DNA of 64,000 nucleotides from Desulfobacterales bacterium (GTDB lineage Bacteria; Desulfobacterota; Desulfobacteria; Desulfobacterales; UBA2174): NCBI GenBank assembly GCA_963668645.2, contig CAXXWC010000018.1, positions 480,001 to 544,000 of the forward strand, read 5' to 3'. Shown piece by piece: positions 59,182 to 64,000 of this stretch (position 1 is its first letter; each line of letters starts with the position of its first letter). The notes under the pieces were generated by a model. It saw only the letters and a program-made list of their open reading frames with translations, ran no database searches and was not told where the DNA came from. The position numbers and the translations under genes were made by a program.

Positions 59182-60381
59182 ATGTCCGAACGCTTCGCAT
59201 TCAATCGCATGGAACTGGCCGGGTCCCTGGGCGACCTGGGCACCCTGCTGCCCATCGCCATCGCCATGGTGTTGTTCAACGGCCTGAGTGCGACCGGGCT
59301 TTTTTGGAGCATCGGGCTTTTTTACATCCTGGCGGGTCTCTACTACGGGGTCACGGTGCCGGTCCAGCCGATGAAGGTCATCGGCGCCTATGCCATCGCC
59401 ACGGCCATGAGCGCCAACCAGATTCTCGCCTCCACGCTCCTGATGGGACTGGTGCTGCTCGTGGTCGGGGCCACCGGAGCCATCGACGTTATCCGCAAGA
59501 TCACCCCCAAGGCGGTCATCCGCGGGGTCCAGCTTTCCACCGGAACCTTGCTGATCGCCGGGGGAATCAAGTTCATGATCGGTGCTTCCACCTTTCAGGT
59601 CCTGCAAAAGGCGGCCGAACCCCACCTGGCCGTCCAGGCCGTCGGTCCGATTCCGGTCGGCCTGCTGCTCGGGGTCGCCGGCGGCTTCGTCACGCTGCTG
59701 CTGCTGGACAACCGCCGCTTTCCGGCCGCCCTGATCGTCGTGGCGGGCGGATTTTTGGCAGGCCTGCTCCTGGGCGCCCGAATGGACGGCGGCGCTGCCG
59801 GTGGCGGCCTGCATCTGCCACAATGGCTGCCCTTCGGATTTCCGGGCAGGGCCGATTTTACCTTCGCCCTGTTCGCCCTGGTGCTGCCCCAGCTTCCCAT
59901 GACCCTGGGCAACGCGGTCCTGGCCTACACGGATCTTTCAAAGGAGTATTTCGGCGACCGTTCCGCGCGGGTCACCAACCGAAAGGTCTGTGTGAGCATG
60001 GCCTTGGCCAATTTTTTGAGCTTCTGCCTGGGCGGGATGCCGCTTTGCCACGGGGCTGGGGGACTTGCGGCCCACTACCGCTTCGGGGCCCGCACGTCTG
60101 GATCGAACTTGATGATCGGCCTGATCTTCGTGGTCCTGGCAGCGCTTCTCGGCGAGCGCATCCTCGATGTCCTCAACTTCCTTCCCATGTCGATCCTGGG
60201 CGTGCTGCTGGTCTTTGCCGGGGCCCAGCTTGCAATGACCATCATGGACCTGAACCAGCGCAAGGACTACTTCGTGGTCACCCTGATCCTGGGCATCACC
60301 CTGGCGAGCAATCTGGCAGCCGGATTCATCGCCGGGATGGCGGCGGCGTGGGTCCTCAAATGGGAGAAGCTGTCGGTCTGA
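59182..60381 (+). CDS. MOT1-type putative molybdate/sulfate transporter
   Basis: ELAGSLGDLGTLLP, PVQPMK, PQLPMTLGNA, GGMPLCHGAGGLAAHYRFGAR. Confidence 0.92.
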   Translation: MSERFAFNRMELAGSLGDLGTLLPIAIAMVLFNGLSATGLFWSIGLFYILAGLYYGVTVPVQPMKVIGAYAIATAMSANQILASTLLMGLVLLVVGATGAIDVIRKITPKAVIRGVQLSTGTLLIAGGIKFMIGASTFQVLQKAAEPHLAVQAVGPIPVGLLLGVAGGFVTLLLLDNRRFPAALIVVAGGFLAGLLLGARMDGGAAGGGLHLPQWLPFGFPGRADFTFALFALVLPQLPMTLGNAVLAYTDLSKEYFGDRSARVTNRKVCVSMALANFLSFCLGGMPLCHGAGGLAAHYRFGARTSGSNLMIGLIFVVLAALLGERILDVLNFLPMSILGVLLVFAGAQLAMTIMDLNQRKDYFVVTLILGITLASNLAAGFIAGMAAAWVLKWEKLSV

Positions 60382-60535
60382 CAGGCCTTTGATGAAAGGC
60401 GTTTCAGTCTGCCATATAGCATTGCGCGACCCTCCCGAGGCGGCAAGCCTTTTCGAAAGTGCCCACATAATCGAAGTGGTGCCTGCCTGGCGTTTCCTGC
60501 CCGATCTACCTCAATGTACTCTGTGAAAATGTGGG

Positions 60536-60564
60536 TTGACGGTTTTAAGTGGATTTGTTATGGC
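60536..60564 (+). promoter_or_regulatory. Possible sigma-70 promoter upstream of the P47-like cluster
   Basis: TTGACG-N17-TATGGC with TG extension in an AT-rich region. Confidence 0.35.
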
Positions 60565-60996
60565 TCAATAAATTGAGTGATACAAAAAATAGAGGAGCTG
60601 CGGATGCTTTACTCTAAAACCTCAGTCGCCAGAAAAAAGGCGGATGGGGTTTTGTTGTTTTAGAAGCTCCCGGCATCGATATGAAATTGTGCCAGTTTTT
60701 GGCGGGCGAGTGATTCTGTGCCTTGTATCCGGCGGTCAGTTCGCTTTCGACGGGCTGCCGTTTTTAGAAGAGCGCCCGGCGGTGAGCATTTTGGCGCGTT
60801 ATTGAAAGCTTTCAGGTGACAGATCGTTACCGTTTTCAGCAAATGGGGTATGGGCAATTTTGAATTGAAGTCCATATGAAGCAGGTAACGTATTGCCACG
60901 ATCACCTGCTACCACGGCACCGCTCAGGGAATTCCAAATTTTCAGACCAGCCGGAGCTGGCCGGTTACCTGGCAAATCCAGAGAGGAGGTGCGAAC

Positions 60997-62250
60997 ATGG
61001 GAACAAATTTTGCCAAGGGATGGGACCTTGTCGTTTGCGTCACTAGTGTAGTGGTCAACAAAATGATCGGTAAGGCTTACGATGCCTTTAAGCTGCCCAG
61101 AAAATTCGACGCCGATCTTTCGATAACCCTTTTTGGCCAGGCGGTACACCGGCGGATGAAGGGCACCTTTGCGGCCATGGCCCTTACCGGCGGCACTGGT
61201 GCCGACATTAGAATCAGCCTGCCGGTGATCAGCGGTACCATCACCGGCGAAAACGGATACAGTGCCGATATCTCCGGGGTTACCGCCCAGGTCACGGTCC
61301 GCCTCACCCTTATTAAATCGCCTGCCCAGACCACCGACGGAATCAATTACGACTACCTTATCGACTTCACTTCAGCAGATGCCATCGTCGCTTTTGAGGT
61401 AAGCGGACTCAAACCTGACCTATCGGGCCAGAAGACCGAGATCGAGGTGGTGATGGCCCAGTACCTGCGTACCCAGACCGCTGACAAGTCGTTCAAAGTC
61501 GCCACCATCAATCTCGGCGCCACCAGGACCACCTACCCATTCCTGGCACCTTGTTCCTGTGCCTATGCCTATCTCGACACCGGCGGTGGCCGGGGTCTGT
61601 TCGGCATCGGCGCTCATACCAACGCGCCGCGTCCGGAACCGGCCCCTTCCACCCTCCAGATTGAGGCCGGAATGGTGCCGGACGGCGCCAGCGCCGGGGT
61701 CACCATCTCCAACCCGATCCTGATGCGCTTCTTTGTCATCCCAGCGGTGGCGACGGCCTTTTCCACCTCCCGGTCGAACTTCTCCTGCTCCGGCGACCCG
61801 GCCTCGGTGGGGCTGGCTCACCACTTCGATCTGGATGCCAAATACCATCCCGCCATGACTCATTTCAGCTCCAGCGTCGATTCCGGGATGCTGGATTTTC
61901 AGAACACCTTCCACGCCACCCCCTCCAAGGGAATCGAGGTCAAGATGGAGATCCATGCCCGGTATTCACTGACCATCTCAGGCAACCCCGGTTCCCGATC
62001 GGTGGGGGTTCATAACAAGCTCTGGAAGGTGAAAAAGGATGTGGACCTTGCCTGGTGGGTCAAGCTCCTGGCCGGTCCCATCGTCTCGGCGATCATTGCG
62101 GCGATTGTCAAGGCGGCCACCCCGACTCCAAAGGCCAGCTCCTTCTCGCTGGGCCAGATCACCCCAAACCTGCCCTTTGGAGAATATCTCGATATCCAGG
62201 GCGCCAGCCTGCCTACCCCGCTCCTCCTGGAGGGTGCGATCACAGTGTAG
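60997..62250 (+). CDS. P47/OrfX2-like (TULIP fold) protein, paralog 1
   Basis: SD GAGGAGG; GWDLV...VVNK, GG...IRI.LP...G, DISG, VATINL, LAP...AYAY, AGVTISN, SNF, YHP...FS match the Clostridium P47 pattern as recalled; 417 aa. Confidence 0.7.
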   Translation: MGTNFAKGWDLVVCVTSVVVNKMIGKAYDAFKLPRKFDADLSITLFGQAVHRRMKGTFAAMALTGGTGADIRISLPVISGTITGENGYSADISGVTAQVTVRLTLIKSPAQTTDGINYDYLIDFTSADAIVAFEVSGLKPDLSGQKTEIEVVMAQYLRTQTADKSFKVATINLGATRTTYPFLAPCSCAYAYLDTGGGRGLFGIGAHTNAPRPEPAPSTLQIEAGMVPDGASAGVTISNPILMRFFVIPAVATAFSTSRSNFSCSGDPASVGLAHHFDLDAKYHPAMTHFSSSVDSGMLDFQNTFHATPSKGIEVKMEIHARYSLTISGNPGSRSVGVHNKLWKVKKDVDLAWWVKLLAGPIVSAIIAAIVKAATPTPKASSFSLGQITPNLPFGEYLDIQGASLPTPLLLEGAITV

Positions 62251-62361
62251 CGCATCTTGAAAATTTAAAATTTTTCAAGATGACCTGTAGTCATTCCAGG
62301 CATCGATGGGCACGACCCGCCGGTGCGATACTCGAACCCATAAACGATAAGGAGGGACACC

Positions 62362-62763
62362 ATGCCGAAATTGCCCGAACCCATAACCATCGACCACCAT
62401 GTCGATATCCAGGAACTCCGGAAAGCGGCAGCGGCTAACGGTCTCAGGCAACCCGAGGAGGCATCGGCGGTCCAGGTTCGGTTGCACCCCACAAGATCCG
62501 GCCGCCACGCTGGCAACGACCCCTTCCTGGCCGGACTGCCCGCCGACCTGTCTGGTGAGGTTGGGGCCCTGGTGGAGGAACTCTATGAGCACCAGGACAA
62601 GATGTTCGCCTGGATGCACCAAAGCGAGGAGAACGCCCGAAAATTCCTGACCGATCCCTTGGCGGCTTTTCAGGAAGCCACCTCCAGCTCCGGCGCGCTG
62701 CTCGAAAAAATCAAAACCATGCAGACCCGGGTGATGAGCGCCCTGGAAAAGGGAGGGGAATAA
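62362..62763 (+). CDS. Hypothetical helical protein between the P47-like paralogs
   Basis: Strong SD AAGGAGG; 133 aa; stop abuts the next start; motif EENARKFLTDPLAAF. Confidence 0.8.
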   Translation: MPKLPEPITIDHHVDIQELRKAAAANGLRQPEEASAVQVRLHPTRSGRHAGNDPFLAGLPADLSGEVGALVEELYEHQDKMFAWMHQSEENARKFLTDPLAAFQEATSSSGALLEKIKTMQTRVMSALEKGGE

Positions 62764-62764
62764 A

Positions 62765-64000
62765 ATGGGTGACAACTACGCACAGGGATGGGACCTGGTG
62801 GCGGCCAGCCGCCAAAAGGAGATCAACGAGGCTATCGCACTTGCCTATGCCAAAGGCCTGCTGCCCACCGATTTTTCGGTGGATTTCACTATTGAAATCT
62901 TCGGGGTCACGATCAAGGTAAACGCCAGCGGCGTCTTCGGGCCTATGAGTTTGGCCGGCGGCACCGGCGCCGACGTGGATGTCCAGATTCCCATCGATAA
63001 GGGCACCATTAAGGGGCCCAACAGCTATGAAATCGACATCAGCGGGGTGGTCGTGGTGATGACCATCAATCTGACCTATGTGGAATCGGAGGTCCAGCCG
63101 GAAACCGGGCATAACTATGACTTCAAGATCGATTTCACCAATGAGAAGGCCTTTGTGGGCATCGACCTCAAGAACCTGCCGGATCCATTGAAAAGCCAGG
63201 CCACAGCCATTGAAATCGCGATGATCAACGCCATCCGTAATGCCGCAGCGGGCAAGGAGTACACGGTTGCCACCGTTAACCTCAAGGGAGTGGACGAGGA
63301 CTATCCCGAACTGGTACCCACTCTCTGTGAATACGCCTTTGTCAACGACGGCAGCGGCAATGGCGACGACAACACCATGGCTCTCATGGCCTTGACCATC
63401 AACACCACCCCCGGTGCCCAGCAGGTTCTGGACGGCACCATTCCGGACGGCGACCGGGCAGCCCTGATTCTCTCCAATCCGGTCTTTATGAGCTATTTCA
63501 TGAAACCCTCCTGCGCTTCGGGTTTCGACACCGATGTGTCGAATTTCAGCACTACCCCCATCAAGGGCCAGCAGGCGGTCACCATCAATGCCACCAAGGA
63601 GTTCAACGCCAAATCGGTTACCGTAAAAGGTAAAACCTATCACCCCAAGGTGACGAGCTTCAGCGCCCAGATCAACAAGGATAAGGTGGAGTTGGACATC
63701 GACATCCAGATCGTGCCGACTCCGGGCATCAACCTGAAGTATTCGGTCACCGCGCCATACACCTTCACCATCAAGGTGGTCTCGGACGGCCAGGAATTAG
63801 ATCTCTCCCTGTACAAGGACGGCTATAAAGAATCAAAATCGGTGAATGCCAGTTGGTGGGTCTGGCTCCTGGTGGGCGCCGCAAGCCTGATTTGGCCGAT
63901 CATCGGCAGCATTATCGCCCTGATCGTGGTTCTGATCATCGAGGCGGTGGTCAAAAGCAAGGCCCCGTCCCTGGAAGACTCCGCCTTCGGCAAACCGATC
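62765..64000 (+). CDS. P47/OrfX2-like (TULIP fold) protein, paralog 2 (partial; runs off window end)
   Basis: Open for 412 codons from ATG 62765 (MGDNYAQGWDLV...); absent from the ORF track; colinear with paralog 1 (LAGGTGAD, DISGV, NYD..IDFT, VATVNL, PDG, SNP, YHP, WWV). Confidence 0.75.
   Translation, partial: MGDNYAQGWDLVAASRQKEINEAIALAYAKGLLPTDFSVDFTIEIFGVTIKVNASGVFGPMSLAGGTGADVDVQIPIDKGTIKGPNSYEIDISGVVVVMTINLTYVESEVQPETGHNYDFKIDFTNEKAFVGIDLKNLPDPLKSQATAIEIAMINAIRNAAAGKEYTVATVNLKGVDEDYPELVPTLCEYAFVNDGSGNGDDNTMALMALTINTTPGAQQVLDGTIPDGDRAALILSNPVFMSYFMKPSCASGFDTDVSNFSTTPIKGQQAVTINATKEFNAKSVTVKGKTYHPKVTSFSAQINKDKVELDIDIQIVPTPGINLKYSVTAPYTFTIKVVSDGQELDLSLYKDGYKESKSVNASWWVWLLVGAASLIWPIIGSIIALIVVLIIEAVVKSKAPSLEDSAFGKPI

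Noticed and set aside
60385..60405. Hairpin GCCTTT-GATG-AAAGGC after the MOT1 gene
   Set aside because: Short stem with a weak U-tract; not enough support for a terminator call.
60790..60806. Sigma-54-like site TTGGCGCGTTATTGA upstream of the P47-like genes
   Set aside because: GG-N10-GC spacing and the -12 GC are not satisfied.
1..64000. CRISPR arrays, tRNA/rRNA genes, intact transposases, defence systems
   Set aside because: No regularly spaced repeats, cloverleaf or rRNA signatures, or matching protein motifs were recognised by eye; a tool-based scan would be needed to exclude short RNAs.

Overview
GC-rich bacterial window with gene content typical of a sulfate-reducing Desulfobacterota (inference; Desulfobacterales-like). 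(1) 1-18779: a leftward operon driven from an AT-rich region shared with a divergent RpiR regulator. It encodes soxBDAG-like genes, a methyl-THF:corrinoid methyltransferase, a non-pyrrolysine MttB, a corrinoid protein, an Opu/OsmF-type ABC importer, a GFA protein and MmgE/PrpD, and ends in a giant (>=1294 aa) GlmS-like protein that runs off the window and is missing from the ORF track. (2) 18816-23694: a frameshifted GT4 glycosyltransferase, EamA transporter, B12-binding-like protein, hydrolase and aminotransferase. (3) 23851-43327: a GntR/FadR-linked catabolic cluster with TAXI and DctPMQ TRAP systems, an atypical creatininase-family enzyme, MmgE/PrpD, a SAM methyltransferase, a GlcD/GlcF-like dehydrogenase, a second corrinoid protein, two MtaA/UroD-family methyltransferases and a RACo activator. 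(4) 43357-60381: signalling and housekeeping genes (hybrid kinase, msrAB, PilZ, DksA/TraR, ygiD-like, rsmA, M16C peptidase, ABC exporter), a decayed cobalamin riboswitch in front of a TonB-receptor remnant, and a TunR-like regulator/TSUP/MOT1 oxyanion locus. (5) 60997-64000: two tandem paralogs resembling the TULIP-fold P47/OrfX2 proteins of botulinum-type toxin clusters, flanking a small helical ORF. Two copies of a structured ~130-bp intergenic repeat with compensatory base changes are present. No rRNA, tRNA or CRISPR array was recognised. Family calls come from motif recognition by eye, not database searches.
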